Both the position numbers and the translations under genes were made by a program. Below are positions 17,070 through 26,915 of a stretch of DNA of 64,000 nucleotides, one piece after another (within the stretch, counting starts at the first letter, position 1; every line of letters starts with the position of its first letter). Location of the stretch: the NCBI GenBank assembly GCA_964510025.1, contig CAZDZV010000006.1, positions 11,143 through 75,142 of the forward strand, written 5' to 3'. The notes below the pieces were generated by a model. That model was not told the DNA's origin and did not search any database. It worked only from the letters and a program-made list of their open reading frames with translations. Source of the stretch: an uncultured Methanosarcinales archaeon. Its GTDB lineage: Archaea; Nanobdellota; Nanobdellia; Woesearchaeales; DATDXC01.

Positions 17070-17882
17070 ATGGGCAGAATTCAGGAGAGATTAGAGCTAG
17101 CCTTGTCAGAATTCGCAGCTCAGGAAAAAAAGGAAAAAGAGAGTATACTATTTCTACCTTTGAGTGAAATAAAGCTTAATCCCAACAGGATAAGAAGAAA
17201 GATCAACAGAGAGGAGATTGCAGATATGGCTAACAACCTGAAGAAGTTTGGCATACTTCAGCCTCTTGAAATCAACGGAAAAAAAGAAGTGGTCCTGGGC
17301 AACAGGAGATTTGAGGCTGCAAAACTAGCTTCTTTGGAGAAGGTTCCTTGTGTAATACGCAACAGCTCAGACATCTTGGAGATGGAAAAACAGCTTGTTT
17401 CCGACCTTCACACAAAGCATCTAAGTGTGCTTGAGAGGGCAATAGCTTTTAGCACCCTTATGGAACTGAAGTCAATGACCAAATACGCGCTTGCAAAATA
17501 TCTAAATCTAAGCCACAACCTTGTATGCAGGACCTTGGCGCTGCTGAAAGCAAATGAGAATACCATGAGATTGATCAGGCTAGGCAGAATCAGCCAGAGA
17601 AAGGTAGCTATGGTTTTGTATAGGCTGAAAGACAAAAAAATGGAAGATTTCGTGATTCAGGAGATAATAGGCAGAAAGATGAATATAGTTCAGGCAGGAA
17701 ATTTCATAGCAGAGATAAATGATCCTGAGATATTCAAGAAGCATTTCTTGACAAGAATAAAGGCTTTCAAAACAACAGTGATGCACTTTAGGGAAAAGCT
17801 CGAAAAACTCAATCTTACCGAAGAGCAAAGAAAAGAGATTCTGGAAGAGCTAAGGTCCATTGATTTCAGTGAAATATTATGA
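17070..17882 (+). CDS. ParB/Spo0J/KorB-like protein (ParB N-terminal domain + HTH)
   Basis: 270 aa. LPLSEIKLNPNRIRRKIN...ILQPLEI...VLGNRRFEAAKLA contains the GxxRxxA arginine patch. HTH KYALAKYLNLSHNLVCRTLALLK. No ParA is nearby. ATGA overlap with the next gene. Confidence 0.75.
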   Translation: MGRIQERLELALSEFAAQEKKEKESILFLPLSEIKLNPNRIRRKINREEIADMANNLKKFGILQPLEINGKKEVVLGNRRFEAAKLASLEKVPCVIRNSSDILEMEKQLVSDLHTKHLSVLERAIAFSTLMELKSMTKYALAKYLNLSHNLVCRTLALLKANENTMRLIRLGRISQRKVAMVLYRLKDKKMEDFVIQEIIGRKMNIVQAGNFIAEINDPEIFKKHFLTRIKAFKTTVMHFREKLEKLNLTEEQRKEILEELRSIDFSEIL

Positions 17883-18718
17883 AGGTTGATTTCGATTTCC
17901 ATACCCATACTGACGTATCTGATGGTAGCTTAAGCCCTTCTGCCCTGGTCAGAAAAGCCAAGCGTGAAGGATTGAGGCTTATTGCGATAACAGACCACGA
18001 CAATATTGACGGTATACCTGAAGCAGTTGAGACTGGCAGGAAGATAGGTATTGATGTCATTCCGGGTGTGGAGATTAGCATTGACTTCAAGGCTACGATG
18101 CATATGTGCGGCTACTTCATCGACATAACTGATACCCAGCTCAGAAAAGCCCTGAAGTTTGTGCAGGATGCTCGCAGAGACAGAAATCCTCAGATTATCG
18201 ATAAGCTGAACAAGCTGGGCATGGATGTGAGGATTGAAGATGTTAAGAAACATGCAGGCAGGGATCAGATTGGAAGGCCCCATTTCGCAAAAGCGCTTAT
18301 CGAGAAAGGCTATGTTACGACAAAAGAAGAGGCCTTTGAAAAATATCTGGCAAAAGGCAGGCCGGCGTATGTAGACAAGAAGCGGCTTGACAGGGAGAAA
18401 GCAGTGAAGACCATCCTGGATGCAGGAGGCACTGCTGTCCTTGCGCATCCCAAGCAGCTTCGCCTGGACACTGCCAAAGAATACAGGAAGCTTTTTATGG
18501 AGATGAAGGAATTGGGCGTCTCTGGCATCGAAGCATACTCAAGCTGCCATACAGAAGATGAAAATAAGATGTTCAGGGAGATCGCTGATGAGCTGGGGAT
18601 GCTTGTCACCGGAGGCAGCGACTTCCATGGTGACACAAAACAAGATGTTGAACTAGGGGAATTCGGAGAGAACATTGATATTGACGTGGATAAGTTGGTT
18701 GAAAAGATGAAAGCATGA
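17879..18718 (+). CDS. PHP-domain phosphoesterase, COG0613 (TrpH/YciV-like); candidate 3',5'-bisphosphate nucleotidase
   Basis: 279 aa. DFHTHTDVSDGSLSPSALVRKAKREGLRLIAITDHDNIDG, ...AHP..., GGSDFHG. The stops and starts at both ends overlap as ATGA. Confidence 0.8.
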   Translation: MKVDFDFHTHTDVSDGSLSPSALVRKAKREGLRLIAITDHDNIDGIPEAVETGRKIGIDVIPGVEISIDFKATMHMCGYFIDITDTQLRKALKFVQDARRDRNPQIIDKLNKLGMDVRIEDVKKHAGRDQIGRPHFAKALIEKGYVTTKEEAFEKYLAKGRPAYVDKKRLDREKAVKTILDAGGTAVLAHPKQLRLDTAKEYRKLFMEMKELGVSGIEAYSSCHTEDENKMFREIADELGMLVTGGSDFHGDTKQDVELGEFGENIDIDVDKLVEKMKA

Positions 18719-20118
18719 GAGAAAAGCACATTTTCTGGCTTCTGCTTGTTTTTATTGTATATATGCATTTTGAAGACCTGGTGAAGCTCTATTTCAATTA
18801 TCATCCGATAGCGCATGGGTTCAAGTATGTTTTTGCCCTGGTATTCTTCCTTATATGGATTTTTCAGATTGGGGTAGTTAATACAAGATTTACGATACCT
18901 CTGGCTGTTTATCTGTTCTTTGTATTTGTCCAGTTCATAAATCCCCTCATGTTTGGAAAACAGGGCTTTATGTTGTCGGTTATTGGGTCGCTTTACTATA
19001 TAGCATTTGTGCCCTTGTTTTTTGTTGCCCATCGGGTATTTGATATAGAAAGGCTGAAAAAGACACTATGGATTGTCTTAGGCTTGGCTTGCTTTTCAGC
19101 TCTGGCAGCGCATATACAGTTCTTCCTTGGCTGGCAGAGATACCTCCAGCTGATGCCTTACAGCCATGAGATGTTCCTGAGGACCAAAAACTTTGTTTTC
19201 CATGGGCCTTTGGCTTTCAGCGTAAAGCCCCCAAGATACTGGTATGTTGCAGGCATAATGATCAGCAGCATTTTTGTTCTTTCTGAAAAGAAAAAGCTCA
19301 TAGCTGGCTTTCTGGGCCTTAACTGCTTGCTTGCTTTGGCCCTTTCAGGAATGAGGTTTGCCATGGCAGCTTCTTTTTTTTCCCTGATGATAGTCTTTTT
19401 CTTTGGACTAAGAAAGCAGAAAATATCTAATGCGATGAGGATAGCTGCAGTTTTGATACTGCTATTGACTATGTTTTTCCCTTTCTCGATGCTTCCCAAG
19501 CAAAGGTACATTCAGTTCATCACAAATCCTGTTGGTACATATATCCAGCAAAGAGGGAGGATGTGGCCACAGTTTTTCAGGGATATCGTCAAATATCCGT
19601 TAGGCACAGGATTGAGGGCCGGAGGGCATATTGACACCGAAAGGTTTAAGGTACCTGATGTATCGATGCGTGCCGGAGAAAACTACATAGCAGTCATCGC
19701 TTCCCAGATTGGCATATTTGGGCTGATTGCAGTGCTTTGGCTATATGTTGCGATAGCCCGAAAATTCTATGAAAACTTGTCCCTGAGGAGATTCAGATAT
19801 TTTGTCAGTCTGGGCATATTTGCCCTGCTATTTTCCTTTATGTTTGAGGTGGGTTTTTTCCCGGGAGAAGGCCCGAGCTACTGGATGTTCTGGCTGTTTT
19901 CAGGTGTCTTGTTCAAAATAGATAAGATGGAGGTACAAAAGATGCGAAAAACATATTCTTTGGCTAGCGAAAGTTTTTTTCTCAGGGGAATTCCTGATGT
20001 AAGGGTATGGCTCTTACAAAGCAAATTTGTCAAGCTGGGCCATAGGATATTCTGTTGTTTCAGGAATTCAAGGTTTTTTAGGTTTATTGAGAATATAGTC
20101 AAGTATGCGGAAATTTAA
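18715..20118 (+). CDS. polytopic membrane protein, O-antigen ligase/polymerase (Wzy_C)-like
   Basis: 467 aa, about 10-12 hydrophobic helices. The loop GTGLRAGGHIDTERF lies between helices, as in the Wzy_C family. Confidence 0.5.
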   Translation: MREKHIFWLLLVFIVYMHFEDLVKLYFNYHPIAHGFKYVFALVFFLIWIFQIGVVNTRFTIPLAVYLFFVFVQFINPLMFGKQGFMLSVIGSLYYIAFVPLFFVAHRVFDIERLKKTLWIVLGLACFSALAAHIQFFLGWQRYLQLMPYSHEMFLRTKNFVFHGPLAFSVKPPRYWYVAGIMISSIFVLSEKKKLIAGFLGLNCLLALALSGMRFAMAASFFSLMIVFFFGLRKQKISNAMRIAAVLILLLTMFFPFSMLPKQRYIQFITNPVGTYIQQRGRMWPQFFRDIVKYPLGTGLRAGGHIDTERFKVPDVSMRAGENYIAVIASQIGIFGLIAVLWLYVAIARKFYENLSLRRFRYFVSLGIFALLFSFMFEVGFFPGEGPSYWMFWLFSGVLFKIDKMEVQKMRKTYSLASESFFLRGIPDVRVWLLQSKFVKLGHRIFCCFRNSRFFRFIENIVKYAEI

Positions 20119-20893
20119 GGTCCTGGTTGCCATACTATCGCTGATTGTCGTCGTGGAACTAGTTTTGAGGTTATTCGGTTTTGGGAACCCTGTGCTCTAC
20201 GTTGAGGACCCGGATATAGGGTATCTGCCGAAAGCCAATCAAAGCATATACAGGTTTGGCAACAAAATATACTACAATGAATATCATCAAAGGTCTGATG
20301 ACCTGATGGCAGATCCAGACTATAGGGTATTTATGTTGGGTGATTCTGTCCTGAATGGTGGGACCTTAATAGACCAGAAAGATACAATCAGTGAGATATT
20401 AGAGAGGCAGTTAAATTCATTCTGTAATTGTAAAGGCGAGGTCCTAAGCGCATCTGCCAAAGGATGGGCAATAGAAAATGAGTATGAATACCTTAGAAAA
20501 TTCGGCACTTTTAATTCAAGTCTGATTATATGGGTGATAAATGAAGGTGATTTGTACCAAAAAAAGAATTTGGGCCGAGACTATCCGTCAAAACCTTACT
20601 TATTTGCTTTGTCTAAGGTATTTTTCCACTATCTGCGCCCGAGAAAATCCGCTTCTGGATCCCAGAATCCGCCGTTGTCCTTTCTTTCACTTTTGAAGAC
20701 TGACTCTCAAGTCGTTATAGTGCAAATACCTAAAAGAAGATCTACTTCAGGAAAGCTGGATATTCAATTAGAAAGAATTGATATCAGGCTTAGTGACAAT
20801 GCGTACAGGGATGATATCCACCTTAACAGGCAAGGCAATTATATTGCCAGTGAAATTATATTTTCCACTATTAAGGACAAAATATTAGACTGA
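20105..20893 (+). CDS. membrane-anchored SGNH/GDSL-type hydrolase
   Basis: 262 aa. N-terminal TM. Block I FMLGDSVLNGG and block V DDIHLN (DxxH). Confidence 0.6.
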   Translation: MRKFKVLVAILSLIVVVELVLRLFGFGNPVLYVEDPDIGYLPKANQSIYRFGNKIYYNEYHQRSDDLMADPDYRVFMLGDSVLNGGTLIDQKDTISEILERQLNSFCNCKGEVLSASAKGWAIENEYEYLRKFGTFNSSLIIWVINEGDLYQKKNLGRDYPSKPYLFALSKVFFHYLRPRKSASGSQNPPLSFLSLLKTDSQVVIVQIPKRRSTSGKLDIQLERIDIRLSDNAYRDDIHLNRQGNYIASEIIFSTIKDKILD

Positions 20894-20937
20894 AAATCAG
20901 CCGATTATTGAAAAGTCTCTGCTAAAATAATCATAAG

Positions 20938-21762
20938 ATGGAAGGATATTTGATAATAGCAGCTTACCAACAAAAGTTCCTTGAGATGGCCTCGAATCTA
21001 GCACTATCGATAAGGTTGAAGGATGACAGGCCAATAGCAATCGCAGTTAAGGACATTAAGGTTGATCCAGGCTCTAAAAGAATATTTGATCACATAATTG
21101 AGATACCGCATGAAAAGTCCAGAAAGGCGCATCTTAATAAGTTTATTATGAATGAACTTACCCCTTTCAGCAAAACGATGTACATTGATGCAGATTGCCT
21201 AATGGTCAAGGATGATATTTCTATTATTTGGAAAAAGCTAAAGAAATACAATTTCACAGTACAGGGGACCAAGGTGGAATATGGAAACCATAGAGGGATT
21301 GACGTTTTAAATGTCAAAGACAAACTTGGCATTCCTTATTTTGTAAAGTCAAATAGCGGATTAATTTATTTTGATAAAACTAAAAAAACAAAGAAAGTTT
21401 TTGAGAAATTGAATTGGTATTTGTTGAAAGATGAAAAGATACTGCGTGTTCCATTTCGCGGTCAAATCAAAGATGAGACTTATATCGGTGCTGTAATGGG
21501 GCACCTTGAGCTTGAACCATTTCCAGTTGTATTTAGACATTATTTTCAGCTCAAGCAATGGATGCAGTGTGTATCAGCTAGGTATTGTGCAGAGATCGAT
21601 GTTTTGAAAGGAAAATCCAAGATAACCTTCCGAGATGGCCATACTGATAGCCCAACGGTCGCGCACTTTGTCGGCTTTGTAGGCAAAAGGCAGCTTTATT
21701 TAAGGGAATCGAATAGGCTAAGAAAAGAATTTGGATTTTCTAAAAATAAGATTTTATGCTGA
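20938..21762 (+). CDS. putative GT-A-fold glycosyltransferase (GT8-like, DxD)
   Basis: 274 aa. MYIDADCLMVKDD is a DxD motif in a nucleotide-diphospho-sugar-transferase-like context. The family call is tentative. Confidence 0.4.
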   Translation: MEGYLIIAAYQQKFLEMASNLALSIRLKDDRPIAIAVKDIKVDPGSKRIFDHIIEIPHEKSRKAHLNKFIMNELTPFSKTMYIDADCLMVKDDISIIWKKLKKYNFTVQGTKVEYGNHRGIDVLNVKDKLGIPYFVKSNSGLIYFDKTKKTKKVFEKLNWYLLKDEKILRVPFRGQIKDETYIGAVMGHLELEPFPVVFRHYFQLKQWMQCVSARYCAEIDVLKGKSKITFRDGHTDSPTVAHFVGFVGKRQLYLRESNRLRKEFGFSKNKILC

Positions 21763-22667
21763 ATAGACCAAGTTGTACATTATCATTCTTCGTGGCAAGA
21801 ACAGATGTCTCATTTATGATGCATACCATACCCCATCTGGTGCGGATGGCTAATTATCCATTTAGTAAAAAAATTATTTTTGTAGATTCAAAGGATCTGA
21901 AAAGCGACAAGAAAAACCGGGCTAATATAGGGACACTAGAAGAAGTCAGAGATAAATGCAAGGAGCTGCAAGATCAGAATATAATTGATGAGATTATTGA
22001 CTTTGATTATACACATCCTATCGTAGCAGAGACATACAGAAAATATTTTGAAAAAAATTTGAGACATACCCATAATTGGAAAGGTTACCCGGTATATGGA
22101 AATCTTTTTGCAATTGAAAACTGCGATTCAGATTATTTATTGCATTTTGATAGCGACATACTAATGTATCAAGACAACAATTTTAGCTGGGTTGATGCGA
22201 GTATGAAGATAATGGGGGGTAATTGTAACATAGTTACGACCAGGCCCCTCGCAGGCCCATCTGAAAAATCTTCGCCAGGATATCACTTAAGCCAGACATT
22301 TGGAAGTCGATGCTATTTGATACATACTAAAAGACTTAAACAGATATTACCCCTGCCCCTTTTGGTAAGCTTCAGACGCACAAGAATACTGGATTCCTTT
22401 CCCCAGCGAATCAAAAAAAAGTTATATTTGAGTTTCGAAAAGGGCGAGCTGGATTCATGGGAATTGATGGTTGGAGCAGCGCTGAGGAAAAACAGGAAAT
22501 TTCGGGCAATACTATCTTCAGATAAGGCGTGGACTTTGCACCCAAAGGATCATGGTGAGCAATTTATTAGGTTGCTTCCCGAAATTATCCAGAGGATTGA
22601 GCATAAAGATTTTCCTTTGGAACAGGAAAAGAAATACGATCTTGATTTGAATTTATGGACTCGATAA
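21756..22667 (+). CDS. putative GT-A-fold glycosyltransferase
   Basis: 303 aa. KKIIFVDSKD ... LLHFDSDILMYQ (DxD). Tentative. Confidence 0.3.
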   Translation: MLNRPSCTLSFFVARTDVSFMMHTIPHLVRMANYPFSKKIIFVDSKDLKSDKKNRANIGTLEEVRDKCKELQDQNIIDEIIDFDYTHPIVAETYRKYFEKNLRHTHNWKGYPVYGNLFAIENCDSDYLLHFDSDILMYQDNNFSWVDASMKIMGGNCNIVTTRPLAGPSEKSSPGYHLSQTFGSRCYLIHTKRLKQILPLPLLVSFRRTRILDSFPQRIKKKLYLSFEKGELDSWELMVGAALRKNRKFRAILSSDKAWTLHPKDHGEQFIRLLPEIIQRIEHKDFPLEQEKKYDLDLNLWTR

Positions 22668-23683
22668 GAAAGAAACCAAAAATATTTTTCTATTTGCCTG
22701 AGGAATATCTTCCGCAAGGCCAGATACCAGAGGATTATACAGAATTCTGGGACTACTGTGTAAAGAACTGGAATGGGTACTATGCGGGAATTCTAGTCTG
22801 GACCCTTAAGACGTACCTATTGCTTAAAGATTATGTTTCATGCAAATTAGTTACAAACATTCCTGAAAAAGGGATAATCATTGCTCATAGAAAATCCTTA
22901 CCTGCAAAACCGAAGCCGAAGCAGCTCTTTGTTTGCATCAAGGCAGATAAGTCAGTACACCCATATTCGCAGATCCATCTGGTGCAAAATTCTTGTGACT
23001 GTCTCTTCAAAAGGTCACCCGGACTGTGGCAGACATACTATGTCCCCCGTTGGCCCCAGGATAAATTGAAGCCAAGGTCAAAATCGAGAGGCACAAGACT
23101 AGAGAATGTTGGTTATTATGGGGTAAGACGGGAGCTGGCCAAAGAGTTACAGTCTAAAAAATTTGAGAGACTTATGCAATCGAACGGTTTTAAGTGGCAT
23201 ATTTTTTCCAATCCGAAGAAGTGGGTTGATTACAGCAAAACAGATGCTATTGTAGCGGTTAGGAGTTTTAAAAAACAGGGATTCAATAATAAGCTAGCGT
23301 CTAAACTATATAATGCGTGGCGAGCAGGTGTACCTGTATTATTGGGGCCAGAGACAGCTTATCAAAATGAGAAAAAAAGCCGGTTTGATTATATGGAAGT
23401 AAATTCAGCAAATGAAATAATCTCAGCACTTAAAAGCTTAAGAAAGAATCATAGGTTATACAAGCAAATGGTGAATAATGGAATTATCCGATCCAAAGAG
23501 GTCAGTCAGAATAAGATTATCGGTCTTTGGAAATCTTTTTTGGTGAATGTTGCAGTTCCTGCATATCGAAGGCACTGTAAAAATCGTATTTCCACTAACA
23601 TGTTCCTGCTGCAGAGATATTTTTATAACGTATATTATCAACTTCATTTTAAATTTAGGTCGAAAATTTTGTATGGCATATAA
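22655..23683 (+). CDS. putative GT-B-like glycosyltransferase
   Basis: 342 aa. C-terminal NNKLASKLYNAWRAGVPVLLGPE resembles the GT-B donor-binding helix. Tentative. Confidence 0.3.
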   Translation: MDSIRKKPKIFFYLPEEYLPQGQIPEDYTEFWDYCVKNWNGYYAGILVWTLKTYLLLKDYVSCKLVTNIPEKGIIIAHRKSLPAKPKPKQLFVCIKADKSVHPYSQIHLVQNSCDCLFKRSPGLWQTYYVPRWPQDKLKPRSKSRGTRLENVGYYGVRRELAKELQSKKFERLMQSNGFKWHIFSNPKKWVDYSKTDAIVAVRSFKKQGFNNKLASKLYNAWRAGVPVLLGPETAYQNEKKSRFDYMEVNSANEIISALKSLRKNHRLYKQMVNNGIIRSKEVSQNKIIGLWKSFLVNVAVPAYRRHCKNRISTNMFLLQRYFYNVYYQLHFKFRSKILYGI

Positions 23684-24194
23684 TAAAATATTTGGGATAG
23701 GTCTTTCAAAAACTGGGACTACATCTTTAGCTAGGGCCTTGGAGATTTTGGGATTTAGGACTGTTCACTCCCCTAGGAAGTCCTATTTATATGAGAAAAG
23801 AAGAGGCCTTCCATATTTCTCTACATTAGAAGAATATAGGGGTTTTACAGATTTTCCTTGTTGGGCAATATACAAAGAAGTGGATATTTTGTATCCGGGC
23901 AGCAAATTTATCCTAACTGTTCGAAATCCTCATGATTGGTACGTCAGCAGAAAGAAGCATTATAAAGCAAGACTGAAACAGGATATCAAACTTGATTGGG
24001 ATATGAGCAAAAAGTCAATGGATAAACTTCTGAAACATAACCAAGAAGTGATGGGGTATTTTAAGAGAAGAAAAAAAGATTTACTAGTGCTTGATATTGC
24101 AAAGGGAGAAGGTTGGGACAAGCTGTGCCGGTTCCTGCAGGTCCAAGAACCTTCCTTAACATTCCCCCACCTTAACAAGTCAGAATGTCTGTGA
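23673..24194 (+). CDS. sulfotransferase-family protein (1 of 3)
   Basis: ATG 23673 gives MAYNKIFGIGLSKTGTTSLARALEILGF, a PAPS 5'-phosphosulfate-binding P-loop-like motif. The ORF track start at 23547 overlaps the previous gene and is probably over-extended. Confidence 0.6.
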   Translation: MAYNKIFGIGLSKTGTTSLARALEILGFRTVHSPRKSYLYEKRRGLPYFSTLEEYRGFTDFPCWAIYKEVDILYPGSKFILTVRNPHDWYVSRKKHYKARLKQDIKLDWDMSKKSMDKLLKHNQEVMGYFKRRKKDLLVLDIAKGEGWDKLCRFLQVQEPSLTFPHLNKSECL

Positions 24195-25051
24195 AACCTA
24201 TTGTTTCCGTGATTATACCTGTCTATAATGATTTCAGGATAGTAAAATGTCTAAAAGCTCTGAAGAATCAGACATATCCAAGAGAAAGATATGAGATCAT
24301 AGTAGTTGACAACAACTCTGACAAACACTTCCTGACAAATCTTAGGAAATATAAAATAAGATTATTGTCTGCAAAAGAAGGGACTTATGCAGCCAGAAAT
24401 AAGGGGATTAAGGCAGCCAAAGGGGATATATTAGCATTTACTGATGCTGACTGCATACCTGCAAAAGAGTGGATAGAAAAAGGGGTAGATGCTATTCGCA
24501 ATCAGGCAGCTGGATTAGTAGCAGGAAAAATTGAGTTGTTTCCAAAAGGAAACAGGCCGACCATTGCAGAGATGTTTGAAATCATTACTGGATTTAGGCA
24601 AGAACTTTATGTTAAAAAATGGCATTTTGGAGCTACAGCAAATGTCTTTACAAAGAAGCAAGTGATTAATAAGGTTGGGCCTTTTAATGATTACCTAATA
24701 TCTGGTGGTGACTTAGAATTCGGAAAAAGGATTTTTGAAGCAGGCTATATGCAAATCTATGCACCTGAAGTTATTGTCTGGCATCCGGCAAGAGGCTCTG
24801 TCTTGAAGATATTGGGAAAGCATCGCAGGGTAGTGAGGGGCATAAACTGCATACAAAAGACTAAATCCATAAAGAAATTATTGGTGGATATTAAGGATGA
24901 CTGGCCGCAGCTGGCAGATTTTAGAGAAATTTTAGGGGATCGACGCCTAAAAAAATTTAGGTTAAAGGCATCTATATTTTTTATTTTACTCCTTGTTCGT
25001 TTTGCACGAACATCACAAAGAATATTTTTTATAGACCGCAAAAATAGCTAA
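24185..25051 (+). CDS. GT2 glycosyltransferase
   Basis: VSVIIPVYNDFRIVKCLKALKNQTYPRERYEIIVVDNNS ... AFTDADCIP (DxD). Confidence 0.85.
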   Translation: MSVKPIVSVIIPVYNDFRIVKCLKALKNQTYPRERYEIIVVDNNSDKHFLTNLRKYKIRLLSAKEGTYAARNKGIKAAKGDILAFTDADCIPAKEWIEKGVDAIRNQAAGLVAGKIELFPKGNRPTIAEMFEIITGFRQELYVKKWHFGATANVFTKKQVINKVGPFNDYLISGGDLEFGKRIFEAGYMQIYAPEVIVWHPARGSVLKILGKHRRVVRGINCIQKTKSIKKLLVDIKDDWPQLADFREILGDRRLKKFRLKASIFFILLLVRFARTSQRIFFIDRKNS

Positions 25052-26091
25052 TGAGAAGGAAAGCAGCGCTTTTATTCCCAACATTCCATGGTGGAGGTGC
25101 GGAAGCAGTATGTGCCTGGATATTAGATGCTTTGAAAGGCAGATATGATATAGATTTATTCACCTGTCAAAAAATTACGGCAGAAGAACTTAACAGGTTT
25201 TATGGAACCAAATTATCCAGAAACTCGTTTAGGCTTATTTATAGCAAGCTATTCAATGCGCTTATCCGGATTAACAAAATTTTGCCTTTTGATCCTAATC
25301 TTAGAAGCAGACTGCTAAAAATTACCTTTGAAAAATTTAAGCAAGATTATGATCTTGTTATAAATGGGAAGGATGAAATAGACATCAGTGAAAAAAGTAT
25401 TCATTATATCCATTTTGCAGGCAATCTCATTAAGGGCAAACCATTGCATAAGCATCGTTACATAGCGAATTCCAGAAGTACGGCTAAGCGTGCTGGCTTT
25501 AGGGATATAGGGGTAGTCTATCCGCCCGTGTGTAAAAGGTTTAAAAAAGTTCCCTGGAAATCAAAAGAAGAAGGCTTCATAATAATAGGCAGGATTACAG
25601 AAGAAAAGGGTACACATAAGGCAATTCAAATACTGCAGAAAGTGAGGGCCAAAGGATATGAGGTTAACCTCCATATCGTAGGGACAGTTTATAATTGGCG
25701 CTATTTTGGTTTGGTGAAAAAGATGGCCAGGAAAAGGGATTGGGTGATCCTACATAAGTCAATTTCTAACTATCGGCTTAAAAAGTTGTTGGAAAAGAAT
25801 AAATATGGCATACATTGTAAAGGCGGTGAGCCCTTCGGTATCGATCCTGCGGAAGTGCTTTATTCAGGCGGCATACCGTTTGTACGTAATAAAGGGGGGC
25901 AGACTGAGATTGTCGGAGACAAAAGGCTGATATTCGGGTCCGAGGATGAGGCTGTAGAGAAGATATGCAAGGTGCTTAGCTCAAAAAAAATTCAGGCTCA
26001 TTTATTAAAAAAACTAAATAAAAGAAAAAAAATATTGGGATGCGACAGGTTTAGAGAGAATTTTTTGAAGGCTATCCACAAAATGCAATGA
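25051..26091 (+). CDS. GT4-type (GT-B) glycosyltransferase
   Basis: 346 aa. EKGTHKAIQIL...GEPFGIDPAEVLYSGGIPFV, an E-x7-E-like region. Confidence 0.6.
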   Translation: MRRKAALLFPTFHGGGAEAVCAWILDALKGRYDIDLFTCQKITAEELNRFYGTKLSRNSFRLIYSKLFNALIRINKILPFDPNLRSRLLKITFEKFKQDYDLVINGKDEIDISEKSIHYIHFAGNLIKGKPLHKHRYIANSRSTAKRAGFRDIGVVYPPVCKRFKKVPWKSKEEGFIIIGRITEEKGTHKAIQILQKVRAKGYEVNLHIVGTVYNWRYFGLVKKMARKRDWVILHKSISNYRLKKLLEKNKYGIHCKGGEPFGIDPAEVLYSGGIPFVRNKGGQTEIVGDKRLIFGSEDEAVEKICKVLSSKKIQAHLLKKLNKRKKILGCDRFRENFLKAIHKMQ

Positions 26092-26915
26092 AGAGAGGCA
26101 TCTATCTCTTAGCAAATGACCAGGTCTTAGATAATACGCTCGCATTAATCAATAGCATACGTTTTTTTGATCCATATGCATCAATTATCATGATACCTTA
26201 CGATTGTCATGATGTCCGCATAACAACTATTCTGAGAGAGAAATATGGCATTCCGAAGTACCGGAATGATTCGCTGCTCAATAGAATTGACCTGAAAATT
26301 AAGGAGTTTTTTGGAAAGAAATTTTTTACCAGACCTAATCAGTTTAGGAAGCAAGCCTGTTGGTTTGGACCTTTTGATGAATTTCTTTATCTAGACACCG
26401 ACATTGTGGTTTTTGAAAGAATAATTAACAATCTAGAACATCTTAAAAACAAGGATTTTGTTTTTTGTGACTATCAGCACAAGAACGGAATAAAATATTT
26501 GTTTAATCCGCCAATCAAGAATGCCTTAGAAAAAGAGGATCTGAAATTTGTTTTTAACGCTGGTTTTTGGGGATCAAGAAAAGAACTGATAACAGAGCGC
26601 AAGCTATATGGCGCACTTGAAGAATGCGCCAAAAATATGAATTTTTTTGATTTTTCAGCAAAAGTTACTGATATGCCAATTTTTAATTATTTAGTTTTAA
26701 GGAAAATAAAAAAAAGAATCAATTTGGTAAGGGATCTAGAAAGAAAAGGACCAGGAAATTGGGCAGGGATGGATCATTTTATCAGAAAAGGGAACCGGCT
26801 TTTTGATCCAAATGTAAAGCAGTACCTCAAATACCTGCATTGGGCTGGGATTAATATCCAAAAAGGTTGTCCTTACTATGATGTATGGAATTACTATCGG
26901 AGATTGAATAAGTGA
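26088..26915 (+). CDS. putative GT-A-fold glycosyltransferase (GT8-like)
   Basis: 275 aa. GIYLLANDQVLDNTLALINSIR ... FLYLDTDIVVF (DxD). Tentative. Confidence 0.35.
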   Translation: MKRGIYLLANDQVLDNTLALINSIRFFDPYASIIMIPYDCHDVRITTILREKYGIPKYRNDSLLNRIDLKIKEFFGKKFFTRPNQFRKQACWFGPFDEFLYLDTDIVVFERIINNLEHLKNKDFVFCDYQHKNGIKYLFNPPIKNALEKEDLKFVFNAGFWGSRKELITERKLYGALEECAKNMNFFDFSAKVTDMPIFNYLVLRKIKKRINLVRDLERKGPGNWAGMDHFIRKGNRLFDPNVKQYLKYLHWAGINIQKGCPYYDVWNYYRRLNK

